Positions 23,303 through 32,860 of a stretch of 64,000 nucleotides of DNA are shown here, one piece after another. Source of the DNA: Blastocatellia bacterium (GTDB taxonomy: Bacteria > Acidobacteriota > Blastocatellia > RBC074); NCBI GenBank assembly GCA_035429885.1, contig DAOMFR010000019.1:67-64066 (forward strand). Direction: 5' to 3'. The position numbers and the translations under genes were made by a program. Position 1 is the stretch's first letter, and each line of letters opens with the position of its first letter. Under the pieces are notes generated by a model. It was not told where the DNA came from and did no database searches. It worked only from the letters and a program-made list of their open reading frames with translations.

Positions 23303-24076
23303 TTACTCCAATTCAAATTCAGCCACGACAGGCACGTGGTCAGAAGGTTGAGGCAATGCGCGGGGAGCTTTGTCCACCCAAACCGCAGTGCAAAGTTCGG
23401 AAAGCGGCTCTGTCGCCCACAGATGATCAATTCTGAGGCCCTTGTTTTTGGGAAACGCTCCGCCACGGTAATCCCACCAGGTGTACACGCCGGAATCGTC
23501 GTGATGCTGGCGGAACACGTCCACCAATCCCCAATCTTCAATTTTCTGCAACGCGGCGCGCTCGGCATCACTGCACAAAATTTGTCCCGCCCAAAGTTTG
23601 GGATCGTGAACATCGCGATCTTCTGGCGCGATGTTGAAATCCCCGCAGAGCACTACATCCTGTTTCGGATCGCAGCATTCATCAAAAAACTTTCGCAGGT
23701 TGCCGAGCCAATTCAGTTTGTAGCTGTATTTTTCCGAACCGACTTCGGACCCATTCGGGATGTAAACGTTGACGATTTTGACGCCGTTGATGGTTGTCGC
23801 CAGCAATCTGCGTTGTGGGTCTTCCGCGTCGCCTAAGAAGCCTTTTTGCACGTCGGACGGTTCGGCCAGGGAAAGTGTGGCGACGCCGTTGTAGGTTTGC
23901 TGGCCAAAGATTTCAGCTCGATAGCCGATTTCCCGAAAGGCGTCGGCAGGGAATTTGTCTTCCTTGCATTTGATTTCCTGCAAACACAGCGCGTCCGGGC
24001 GGTTGGATTTCAGCCAGTCCAGCACGTGGGGCAAGCGCACAGCAATTGAATTGATATTCCAGGTTGCAATTTTCAT
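23303..24076 (-). CDS. xthA: exodeoxyribonuclease III
   Basis: [98 protein letters not shown]. Confidence 0.95.
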   Translation of the reverse strand: MKIATWNINSIAVRLPHVLDWLKSNRPDALCLQEIKCKEDKFPADAFREIGYRAEIFGQQTYNGVATLSLAEPSDVQKGFLGDAEDPQRRLLATTINGVKIVNVYIPNGSEVGSEKYSYKLNWLGNLRKFFDECCDPKQDVVLCGDFNIAPEDRDVHDPKLWAGQILCSDAERAALQKIEDWGLVDVFRQHHDDSGVYTWWDYRGGAFPKNKGLRIDHLWATEPLSELCTAVWVDKAPRALPQPSDHVPVVAEFELE

Positions 24077-24165
24077 AAGCGTAAAAGAACGGCCTTGGTT
24101 GATTCGGCCACATTTGAACTTTACTCAATCCGCCGTCTGGCGAAAAGGCTCGATGGCCTGAATCC

Positions 24166-25851
24166 TTACCCGATTTTGATGCCGATGCTTTCCAGAAACT
24201 TGGTCGGTTTTTCTCCACCGATCAGCGCGAAAATGTAATCGTTCTGGAGTCTTGCTGTTTCTTCAGCGGTTTTCGGGTCGCGTTCGCGGGCGCTCATCAG
24301 AGCGACTTCAGTCGGCGTAACTTCTTTGATGGTTTGTCCGAAATACGCCGTGATTTTTCCTTCGTCAATGCAATCGTAGACCAGCATTTTGTTGCCGAGC
24401 TTTAAATCGCTTTTGAGATTGCTGCGGATAATCAGCGAGACCGTGTTGTCACGCCAACCAGTGATTTGCGTGCCGTCATCGGAACGATAGGCGGCCAGAT
24501 CCACGGCGGCTTCAATGGCGGAATTGCCTGCGCCGACAACCACGATGTGTTTGCCGCTGTAATCGTTCGGATCCGTCAGTTTGTATTTGACCTTGTCGTC
24601 TTCAAAGGCAGGGGTCTGTTTAACCTTGGGAATGTATTTCTGGCCGCAATTGTGACAGAAGCGGTTATCGCTCAATCGCTTTTCGCCGCATTTGTTACAG
24701 AACGCAGGCATGATCATTTCCGTGGCGGTGACTACAATCTTGGAATCTTCGCCGGGCACGCCCAATTTCATCGGAGTTCCGCGATTGCCGATGGCCAAAA
24801 TTACACGACGAACGCTGTACTGCATTTTGCGTTTGGTTTTGTCCTGATCGGTTTCGACGATGAAGCTGTCGCCCACAGGTTTGACGCTTTTGCAGCTCTC
24901 GTATTCGTTGATGGTCAGGCCGTTGGTGCGAATCGTTTCCATCCAGGAACCAATCATCACTTCTTTGGTGGCGCCTGCGCCGGACAAATTGATTCCGCCA
25001 TTGACGGGTTTTTCCACCGGATTGAAATACACATATTTGCCGGCTTGATAAGTTTGCTGGATGGTGCCGACGACTTGATCCTGTTCGATGGCGATGTATT
25101 TCAACCCGCGTTGTTTGGCCAGCGCTGTCGCGGACAAGCCCGCCGGGCCAATGCCAACGATGGCGACGTCGTAATCGCAATCGCCGTTTTTCCCTGCGTG
25201 CTTCAAATCTTCGACAATGCAATCAACCACTGCGCCGCCTTCGTTAATGGCATTTTTGATCAGTGGAACCCCGGACACATCTCCGATCAGGTACACGCCA
25301 GGCACGTTGGTCAGGAATTGCTGGTCGCGCTTGGGAACCTTGCGTTCGGGAATCTGTTTGGTGGTATTGATGACGATGCAGGATTTCGGCACGGTCGGGC
25401 ATTCGACCTGACAACTGGTGTCTTCGGTGCATTGTTCGATGGCAATCGGAGTGGCTTTGCCGTTGACGATGGCCAGCACGTCATGCGGGCAGGCATCCAC
25501 GCAAGCATGGCAGCCAATGCATGTCGCCGTGTTGATGACCGGGTGAGGATACGGCGGGCCGTCCGGATCAAGCGCCGCTCCGAGCGATTGCGGCACCACA
25601 ACGGTTTTGGCTTTTGTGTCCGAAGGTTGCATTTCCGCTTCGGCCATAGCTTCGATGACTCGCTTGCGTTCAAAAAACGTGTCTGTCGCGACCAACGCTA
25701 ATCCGACAACTCCCGCAAACAGAATCAATCCCAGCCAGCCCATCGGCGGCACGGCTCCGAAACTGACGGTAAAGCGCGAAACAAACGCAGCCACCAGCAC
25801 CCCTGCCAACAAAAACAATGTAATGACGAGTTGCGATCTTTTCATAGCCAA
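24166..25851 (-). CDS. membrane-anchored ferredoxin/NAD(P)-binding flavoprotein reductase with inserted zinc ribbon
   Basis: Two N-terminal TM segments; CIGCHACVDACPHDV and CTEDTSCQVECPTVPKSC; FAD motif VAIVGIGPAGLSATALAKQRG; zinc ribbon CNKCGEKRLSDNRFCHNCGQKY; second Rossmann motif VVVGAGNSAIEAAVDLA. Confidence 0.9.
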   Translation of the reverse strand: MAMKRSQLVITLFLLAGVLVAAFVSRFTVSFGAVPPMGWLGLILFAGVVGLALVATDTFFERKRVIEAMAEAEMQPSDTKAKTVVVPQSLGAALDPDGPPYPHPVINTATCIGCHACVDACPHDVLAIVNGKATPIAIEQCTEDTSCQVECPTVPKSCIVINTTKQIPERKVPKRDQQFLTNVPGVYLIGDVSGVPLIKNAINEGGAVVDCIVEDLKHAGKNGDCDYDVAIVGIGPAGLSATALAKQRGLKYIAIEQDQVVGTIQQTYQAGKYVYFNPVEKPVNGGINLSGAGATKEVMIGSWMETIRTNGLTINEYESCKSVKPVGDSFIVETDQDKTKRKMQYSVRRVILAIGNRGTPMKLGVPGEDSKIVVTATEMIMPAFCNKCGEKRLSDNRFCHNCGQKYIPKVKQTPAFEDDKVKYKLTDPNDYSGKHIVVVGAGNSAIEAAVDLAAYRSDDGTQITGWRDNTVSLIIRSNLKSDLKLGNKMLVYDCIDEGKITAYFGQTIKEVTPTEVALMSARERDPKTAEETARLQNDYIFALIGGEKPTKFLESIGIKIG

Positions 25852-25860
25852 ACAAAATAA

Positions 25861-26763
25861 TTAGTTGAAAAACGGAAACAGGATTTTCAGCTCAGCCTTG
25901 TCCGGCCTGCGCCCGTATTCGCAGATTTCAAACGCTTCGGCGTATTGCACTTTTGCGGCGCGATCTTTGCCATACCAATCTTCCAGGTTTTTGCGGTATT
26001 TGTCGGCAACGTTTTTCTGGCGATCCACGAAGCGTTGGCGAACAACTGCCCAGCGTTCTTTCTGCTTCGCGGGGTCTGTTGTCAGCAACTCTTGGTAACC
26101 GTTCGCGCCGCCTTCATAAAACTGCGACACCATGCCGAGCAATCCATCCAGTTTCTTTTCCATCACGGAATCAACATCCACCACCACGTCGGCCTGAAAT
26201 GGATTCGGTTTTTCAAAGCGGTCGGAAAAATACATAAACACGGGATTGTTCGTCAGATGCGGAACGTCCGGCGCGTAATTCGGAACCGTGACCATGTACG
26301 CCGCGTCTTGCACCAAAACTCCGGCGTAACGGTGATCGGGATGATAATCGTTGGGACGGTGGCTAATGACGATATCGGCTTTCCATTGGCGGATCAGTTT
26401 GGTGATGGCTTTGCGATTTTCCAGCGTCGGCAGCAATTCGCCATCGTGGTTATCCAGAATTTCCACAGTCGTGCCTAGAATCTTGGCGGCGCGTTCGACT
26501 TCGACTTTGCGGCGTCGAGCCAGCGGGCCACCCGCTTCGCTAAAATGCCCAATGTCGCCATTAGTGACGGCAACCAGTTTGACAGCGTGGCCTTTGGCCG
26601 CCCACAACGCCGCCGTTCCCGAAACTCCAATTTCCGCATCATCCGGGTGTGCGCCGAAACAGATGATTCTCAGTTGACGTTGCGCGGAATTGGCGGGAAG
26701 CAGGCTGTAAGCAGTCGCCAACAGACAATAGGTGGCGAGTAATAAGCAAAGTTTGCGAATCAT
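25861..26763 (-). CDS. secreted PIG-L/LmbE family deacetylase
   Basis: RIICFGAHPDDAEIGVSGTAALWAAKGHAV, VISHRPNDYHPDHRYAGVLVQDAAYM. Start assigned to MIRKLCLLLATYCLL (26763) rather than the track's 26868 because it gives a signal peptide. Confidence 0.88.
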   Translation of the reverse strand: MIRKLCLLLATYCLLATAYSLLPANSAQRQLRIICFGAHPDDAEIGVSGTAALWAAKGHAVKLVAVTNGDIGHFSEAGGPLARRRKVEVERAAKILGTTVEILDNHDGELLPTLENRKAITKLIRQWKADIVISHRPNDYHPDHRYAGVLVQDAAYMVTVPNYAPDVPHLTNNPVFMYFSDRFEKPNPFQADVVVDVDSVMEKKLDGLLGMVSQFYEGGANGYQELLTTDPAKQKERWAVVRQRFVDRQKNVADKYRKNLEDWYGKDRAAKVQYAEAFEICEYGRRPDKAELKILFPFFN

Positions 26764-26900
26764 GGTTTTTCTCCACGGAAAGTATCGGGGCCGAATCCAT
26801 TTGCCCCTGTTTTTCGAATCAATTGAGATCGGTCGTGCTTCCCACAAATCGTGGTTTACGACATTCAATCTCTCAGTCCCTGCATCCTGCTATTTCTTCA

Positions 26901-28391
26901 TCATTTTTCCATCCGCCGCAAACTGGCGCGGAGTTCTTTTTCTTCGCCGTGCTGGGCGTGGCAAGAGACGCATTTGGGGCCACCAGCTTGAGTATTAGTC
27001 ATGAATTGTCTGCCGCGATCAGCAAAGAAGGCTTTGGCACTTTCATTCTGGGCGTTGGCCGTAGCCGGATCGGTTCCGTGGCACGCCGCGCAGGATTCAC
27101 GCACGCCTTGAGTTAAGGCTGTGTCTTCAAACCCCGCCGTATGGCAATCGGTGCAATTGCTGCGACCTTGTTGCCGGCCTGCCAGATGAAGCAGATGGAA
27201 ACTGTCTTTCGTTTTGTATAGCGCCGGTGTTCCGGGAAGCTCTCTGCGCGACCATTCAGCTTGAGAAATGGAAAACACGATTTCCGACCAGCGGCCATTT
27301 ACGACAGGATAGCCAAATGAAGCTCCGCCGTGAGGGGATTTCAACTCTTTGCCAGCGAAACTATTGCCATCGCGATGGCATCCCGTGCAAGCGGTATTGG
27401 CGACCAAAGCCGGGCGAAAATCTCGTCCCAAATGTTCCGTGTGGCAAGCGGTGCAAGTCAGCCCAGCTTTCATGTGTTTGTCGGATACTTCTGAATGAAA
27501 CGCCGAAGTCGAGTGGCAGGACGCGCAGTTTTGATTGAGCGACGCTTTGACCGAATGACACGTTGTGCAAGCTGACGAAGCAGGAATTCGAGCGATTCCT
27601 GGCGAAATCGAAAAGTCCTTTCGGGCATGTGCTGCCGAGAGCGCGCCAGGGGAATAAGCATCCTTGAAGATAAAAATCGCGGCCACCGACAGAACCGTCA
27701 CGATCAGCGTTGCCCATCCAAACAACGCGCGTGGCCAGGGGCGTTGCAAATCGCGAGTTGGAACCCAATTGAACTGTGCTCTGCCCAGACGTTTTTTGAC
27801 CTTCGGTTTGAGCGGGGAATCCGTCGCCAGCTTTCCGTCTTCGCGTTTGCGCTTGTCCCAAAAGATTTTCAGCGCCTGGGCATCCACAGGCTTCAACATT
27901 CCAGTCAGCATTCCGGTGCCGGACAAACGCCGAGTGCCTTTGGGCGTGACTTTGTCGCGTTGCAACTTGGCCAGAATTCCCGGATCAATGCGCACGGTCT
28001 TGCCTTGATCCGGAGGCAACTGCATCCCGGTTCCGGTGCTTGGCGCGGACGCCTCAACGGGCAAAGGCTTGACGCTCATTTCCACGTCGATCATCAGCCC
28101 ATCGCCTACATATCGCGGGAACAAAAAGAACGGGCCAATCTGAACAACGTCGCCGTCAGCGATCGGCGTTTGATCCACCAATTCGCCATTCAGCGTCGTG
28201 CCATTGGCTTCCGACAAGTTGAAAATCCAGTAATCGCCATTGAGCTCTTTGATTCCTGCGTGAGTGCGCGACACCGACGGATGGTTCAACACCAGGTCGC
28301 TGCCCGCCAATCGGCCAATCGTCAGCCCTTCGCTTTCTACCAGCGCAGGATCAAGACTAAGGTCTTTTCGGATGATGACGAACTTGTTCAT
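26901..28391 (-). CDS. FHA domain - TM - heptaheme cytochrome c fusion protein
   Basis: FHA: LTIGRLAGSDLVLNHPSVSRTHAGIKELNGDYWIFNLSEANGTTLNGELVD; TM LFGWATLIVTVLSVAAIFIF; seven CxxCH motifs (CTTCH, CASCH, CTACH, CTGCH, CTDCH, CAACH, CVSCH). Confidence 0.93.
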   Translation of the reverse strand: MNKFVIIRKDLSLDPALVESEGLTIGRLAGSDLVLNHPSVSRTHAGIKELNGDYWIFNLSEANGTTLNGELVDQTPIADGDVVQIGPFFLFPRYVGDGLMIDVEMSVKPLPVEASAPSTGTGMQLPPDQGKTVRIDPGILAKLQRDKVTPKGTRRLSGTGMLTGMLKPVDAQALKIFWDKRKREDGKLATDSPLKPKVKKRLGRAQFNWVPTRDLQRPWPRALFGWATLIVTVLSVAAIFIFKDAYSPGALSAAHARKDFSISPGIARIPASSACTTCHSVKASLNQNCASCHSTSAFHSEVSDKHMKAGLTCTACHTEHLGRDFRPALVANTACTGCHRDGNSFAGKELKSPHGGASFGYPVVNGRWSEIVFSISQAEWSRRELPGTPALYKTKDSFHLLHLAGRQQGRSNCTDCHTAGFEDTALTQGVRESCAACHGTDPATANAQNESAKAFFADRGRQFMTNTQAGGPKCVSCHAQHGEEKELRASLRRMEK

Positions 28392-28405
28392 AAGTTGGTG
28401 GTCGG

Positions 28406-30844
28406 CTACCTCGCCAGAAAATAAATCACTTGAATGATGTGGACGATCATCAATGCCAGCATCAGCGACGTGACCAGCACGTGCGGAGCCAGCCAGAGTT
28501 TCAGCAATTGATGGAGATAGATTAAGGCGTCCACTCTGCGTATGGTTGCAGCCATCTCAATGCCTTTGAGTAGTCGTTCGCGTTCGCCGTCAGTCATGCC
28601 TTGGCCAATGGCCGCGAATTCAGTTTTGATATTTGCCAGCATTTCATCCAGCGACTCTCGTCTCAAATATTGGCGCAGCAAAAAACTCAGGGAAATGGTG
28701 CGCGGAACGACTTGCTTCTGGATCGTCAGCCGGACGTTGGGAGTGACTTTGGCCATCAGTTCGCCAAGCTCGTGACTCAACTCCTCGCGGCGGGCGGTCA
28801 GGTCTTCGATCAACAGCGGCTGGCCTTCGATTCGAGTCAGCATTCGCGGAGCTATGAAGTAAATCAAAATGCCGAACAAGCCGGTTAAGATCACAAGGTC
28901 AAACGAGACCATTAACGCCGTAGTCAGCAGGCCGCCGGAATCCGAGCCTCCGTGCAGCAGCAATACGATTCCGGCGATGACGCCCAGATAGCTATGAGCC
29001 AACATCCAGTATCGCAAGGCTCCGGCGCGTTTACGGTAAATCTGCCGTCGAATAGGATAAGCCATCACTCCCGCGATGCCGATCAGCCCAATAGCGCCAG
29101 TCAACCAACGCATGTCCAGCCACGATCCGATCAACGGAGTTTCCAATCCATAACGCATCATTCCGGCCAGCGTCAGCAATGTCAGGATCAACGTGGCAAA
29201 CAAGCCAAAGGCATGCATCAATCGTTTGCCGAAATCTTTATGCGAGGTATGGCGGGCGACGACGTGCGTGGAATCGCGAAAGATCGTGCCTTCAGCTTCT
29301 TTGATTTCAGAAAAGTAAATGTGCGGATCCACTCTCAGCAACGCGCCGGTCGGACAGTTTTCTTCGCAACTGTATGCCTTGCGTTTGGTGCCCGGAGGGT
29401 TAAGCGGCGTGTTTTGGCAGAGATTGCACTTTACAGCCAGCAAATCTTCCGTTTGTTCAACGGCCGGTGGCAGCGGGGATGGTTTCAGGTCGAACCAGCC
29501 TTGGCTGGTTAAGGCCGGAGCCGGTTTTCGACTCACCATCGAAATTGCATTGTACGGGCATTGCGTCGCGCAATCGCCACAACCGATGCAGCTTTTGGGA
29601 TCAATGTCCACTTGACCACCTGGGAAGCGGCCAATTGCTCCCGTCGGGCAACCTGTCAAACATTCAGGGTCCTGACAGTGCATGCAAACCGAAGGCGAAA
29701 GCAAACTTTGGAAACTGGATTTCGGTTCTACTTTGACCGGGCGTTCAACGTGTATGCCTCTGCGCAGCAATCGCGATTGCCCATGCACCTGGTGACACGC
29801 CATGGAGCAATTGCCGCAACGCACACACATCTCCATATCCATCACCAGCAAATTTGTGCCATCAACCAGCCCGGTTTCGATCAACGATTCTTGAGCAATG
29901 GCGACCGGCAACGGTTGCCGGCCTTCGTTGGGATTGTCCGGCGCGGCCATTCCGGTAAACGCCAGCAACAGGATTTCACGCAATTCCGGATGTTTGCGCA
30001 GATCGGCCAACGAAATTTCCAGCACTTCGGCGCGCCCCATCAATGTGCAAGTCTGTTCCCAATTCCCATCGCGAGTGATCGCTTCGACGCCGAAACTATG
30101 CGACGGGCCGAAATAAGCTTCCGTGGCTTTGGCGTTCCAATTTCGCGGCTTGATTTCTTCGGGTGTCAGTTGGCGCGTGACGGTTCGCGGAGTGACTTTG
30201 GCCCAGCCGGATTTCAGCACGAACAGATTTTTCATCGGATCGCCCGCGCGAAAGAGCACGTGGTTTTTGCCAAAGACTTTGAATTGCGAGATGGCTTCAA
30301 GCTGGCTAACAGCTTCTTTGCTGAGTTGAGTTGCCGCGGCGATGTCCTGAATGGTGGTTGCGCGTCCGTTGCGACGATACGTGGAATCCAGCACTTCGCC
30401 GAATTTGGGAAGTTTGCGCAATAACCGAAGCGCAGGCCGCTGAATTTCCAACACCTGAACCGGTTTGTCTTTGGGCGCGCGAATGGTTGCTGACCGCTGG
30501 ACGCCGGCCAGCACAGACATTTCGCCGAACTGCACTCCGGCGGGAATCTCTGCCACCTTGTTTTGGCCATTGTCGAAGAGCACATCGGCGGTACCGCTGA
30601 CGACGATGAAAAATGAATTGCCTCCCCATTCGCCTTCGCGGACAATTTCTTCGCCCGGCATATAGGTCAGCAAGCGAACGTATGGGCCGACTTTCTTGCC
30701 GTTGTAATTGCGTCCATAAACAATCACTTCCAGGTCAAGTTCGTAATCGTAATGGCCGTCGTGCTGAGATGTCAGATCGGCGATGGCGCCAATGCTTTCA
30801 ATTGCAGCCAGCACGTCTTTGTGCTTAAGAGTCTCTTCAGGCAT
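28406..30844 (-). CDS. double cNMP-binding domain / 4Fe-4S ferredoxin / cytochrome b-like membrane protein
   Basis: Two cyclic nucleotide-binding-like domains (MPGEEIVREGEWGGNSFFIVVSGTADVLF..IPAGVQFGEMSVLAGVQRSATIRA; and FGKNHVLFRAGDPMKNLFVLKSGWAKV); DmsB/HybA-like clusters CVRCGNCSMACHQVHG, CMHCQDPECLTGCPTGAI, CIGCGDCATQCPYNAI, CNLCQ...CEENCPTGAL; C-terminal TM segments with His residues (LAHSYLGVIAGIVLLLHGG, VTSLMLALMIVHIIQVIYF). Confidence 0.92.
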   Translation of the reverse strand: MPEETLKHKDVLAAIESIGAIADLTSQHDGHYDYELDLEVIVYGRNYNGKKVGPYVRLLTYMPGEEIVREGEWGGNSFFIVVSGTADVLFDNGQNKVAEIPAGVQFGEMSVLAGVQRSATIRAPKDKPVQVLEIQRPALRLLRKLPKFGEVLDSTYRRNGRATTIQDIAAATQLSKEAVSQLEAISQFKVFGKNHVLFRAGDPMKNLFVLKSGWAKVTPRTVTRQLTPEEIKPRNWNAKATEAYFGPSHSFGVEAITRDGNWEQTCTLMGRAEVLEISLADLRKHPELREILLLAFTGMAAPDNPNEGRQPLPVAIAQESLIETGLVDGTNLLVMDMEMCVRCGNCSMACHQVHGQSRLLRRGIHVERPVKVEPKSSFQSLLSPSVCMHCQDPECLTGCPTGAIGRFPGGQVDIDPKSCIGCGDCATQCPYNAISMVSRKPAPALTSQGWFDLKPSPLPPAVEQTEDLLAVKCNLCQNTPLNPPGTKRKAYSCEENCPTGALLRVDPHIYFSEIKEAEGTIFRDSTHVVARHTSHKDFGKRLMHAFGLFATLILTLLTLAGMMRYGLETPLIGSWLDMRWLTGAIGLIGIAGVMAYPIRRQIYRKRAGALRYWMLAHSYLGVIAGIVLLLHGGSDSGGLLTTALMVSFDLVILTGLFGILIYFIAPRMLTRIEGQPLLIEDLTARREELSHELGELMAKVTPNVRLTIQKQVVPRTISLSFLLRQYLRRESLDEMLANIKTEFAAIGQGMTDGERERLLKGIEMAATIRRVDALIYLHQLLKLWLAPHVLVTSLMLALMIVHIIQVIYFLAR

Positions 30845-31096
30845 AGGGTTTTTTGATACTGCCAGTCTTCAGGATGCGCGTGGATTTAATTGAAACAACG
30901 ATGGCTCATGTTTAGAGCCTTCAACCGGGTTAGTCAATCGAATAGTCCGGCTAGAATTGCAAAGACAACAGAAAGTTGTTGCCTTTATTAAAACTCTTGT
31001 GTGATAGTCCACTCGTTCTCAGCTTCCGATCTTTTCCCCCAGAAAATCAGTCAACCAAAAGTTCAAACTCGGCGAACGCCGAAGAGGAGAAAATCC

Positions 31097-32485
31097 ATGC
31101 CAAGCAAAAAAGCTAAAACCAAATCGTCCACCAAATTCGCGCAAATTCCCGCTCGAACTCACGCAAAAGAAGACCGAAAAGAGTTCATGCCCGGCACGCT
31201 TGTCGTGCGTTGCAAACCGGACGTCGTCAACAACGTCCCAGATGTCGGCGAGGCGAGCGTTGCTTCCGTGTCATCGTTCCGGTTACCCGAAGTCGTTGAA
31301 AGCCCATTTGATTTTTTGCGTCAAAACGGATTGCTGCGTGAAGTCGTTCCGGTATTTTCACGAATGATGGCCGGACGCGCTCTGGGAGTTGCGCCTGCCT
31401 CCACCGCCGCTTCATTCGCCTTAAGCGTCCGCGATTCGGAAGAAGATGATTTGAAAGGGGTGAACGTGCTTCGACTGGCCAAGCACGCCGATTTGAAAAA
31501 GATTGAAAAAGAGCTCAACAACACGCCGGGCATTGAATACGCGCATCGTTTTCCGGCACGTTGGATGAATGCGGCGACGGCGAAAATGAGCACTACCGAC
31601 GAATTTCTGGCTCAGCAATGGGGGCTGAAATCCATTGGCTGGACTGCACTGGACGCACTGCCCAACGCGGCTCAAGTCAATGTCGCTGTGCTGGATACCG
31701 GAATTGACATGACTCATCCCGAACTGAAAAACATCGTCGCTTCTTACATTCATGACGGAGCCGGTTCGACGGACATCATCGGGCACGGAACTCACGTTGC
31801 CGGAATCATCGCAGCGCAAATTAACAACCGAATTGGCATCGCGGGAATCTGCAAGCCAAATTTGATGATCTGGAAAATCTTTGGTGACACGCCTGATCCA
31901 AAGGACGGTGAAATTTACGTGGACCCGGTCATGTACCAGCGCGCTTTGAACGCTGCCCGGCAAGCCCGCGTTCACGTCGTTAATTTGAGCATCGGCGGCA
32001 CATTCCGCGACCGCACAGAAGAAATGTTGCTGAATCGGTTGATGAATTCCGGCACTCTGGTTGTCGCTGCGATGGGCAATGAATTCGAGGACGGCAATCC
32101 GAAAGAATATCCGGGAGGCTTTCCGGGCGTTTTCGCTGTTGGCGCGACGACCAAAGCCAATGTGCGGGCATCGTTTTCCAACACGGGCAGCCATATAGAC
32201 ATTGCTGCGCCCGGACATCATATCCTTTCGACCTTGCCGCTTCAACCTTCGCTGATGCGCAAAGCCGACGAAACCAATTACGCCAGCTGGAGCGGGACTT
32301 CGATGGCGACGCCTCACGTTACGGCGGCCGCTGCCTTGGTCTTTGCCAAAAATCCAGGCTTTACTGCCAAACAGGTCGGCGACAAGCTGAAGGCCACCGC
32401 CACCAAGCTGGCTGCGATGAAAGGCAAAAAGACGACCAACGAATTTGGTGCCGGTTTACTGAATGTGCTGGCGGCGCTATCCTAA
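31097..32485 (+). CDS. S8 family subtilisin-like serine peptidase
   Basis: Catalytic triad motifs VAVLDTGIDMTHP, GHGTHVAGIIAAQ, SWSGTSMATPHVTAAAALV. Start set at MPSKKAKTKSS (31097) with gaggag upstream; the track ORF begins at 31001. Confidence 0.93.
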   Translation: MPSKKAKTKSSTKFAQIPARTHAKEDRKEFMPGTLVVRCKPDVVNNVPDVGEASVASVSSFRLPEVVESPFDFLRQNGLLREVVPVFSRMMAGRALGVAPASTAASFALSVRDSEEDDLKGVNVLRLAKHADLKKIEKELNNTPGIEYAHRFPARWMNAATAKMSTTDEFLAQQWGLKSIGWTALDALPNAAQVNVAVLDTGIDMTHPELKNIVASYIHDGAGSTDIIGHGTHVAGIIAAQINNRIGIAGICKPNLMIWKIFGDTPDPKDGEIYVDPVMYQRALNAARQARVHVVNLSIGGTFRDRTEEMLLNRLMNSGTLVVAAMGNEFEDGNPKEYPGGFPGVFAVGATTKANVRASFSNTGSHIDIAAPGHHILSTLPLQPSLMRKADETNYASWSGTSMATPHVTAAAALVFAKNPGFTAKQVGDKLKATATKLAAMKGKKTTNEFGAGLLNVLAALS

Positions 32486-32590
32486 AAATCGATTCGCAAA
32501 ACGCTGGCAGAAAGATGTGGGCAGAAACATCGGAAAAAGCCTTTTCCACTCCTTTTCTGCCAGCAAATAACCTTATTCGGTAAGGAATTT

Positions 32591-32860
32591 ATGGCGGCGA
32601 CCGAATCAATCAAGTTGAATCTAAAGCTGGCTGCCGGAGCCGGAAAAGGGAAGCTGGACAAGTTGCTGGCAGAAACTCCAGGCATTCAATCCGTGATACA
32701 AACCTTTCCGGACGAAGTCGATGAAGAATTATCGGGGCTGTATATTTTGGAAGTGGAGCTTTCGAAATCTGAAGCCGCGATCAACGCGCTGAGCAAGCAT
32801 TCGGAAATTGATTATGTTGAACCGGCGGCATCGCGTCGGTTGATCCGTAAAACAAAATGA
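32591..32860 (+). CDS. small protein (89 aa) resembling a peptidase inhibitor I9/subtilisin propeptide
   Basis: GKLDKLLAETPGIQSVIQTFPDEVDEELSGLYILEVELSKSEAAINALSKHSEIDYVEPAASRRL: propeptide-like 'L..HxEIDYVEP' ending; 105 nt after the subtilisin stop. Confidence 0.65.
   Translation: MAATESIKLNLKLAAGAGKGKLDKLLAETPGIQSVIQTFPDEVDEELSGLYILEVELSKSEAAINALSKHSEIDYVEPAASRRLIRKTK

Noticed and set aside
24466-25701. 411-aa plus-strand ORF opposite the flavoprotein gene
   Set aside because: Antisense to a confidently identified gene with Cys-cluster and Rossmann motifs; its sequence shows no domain and looks like codon-bias shadow.
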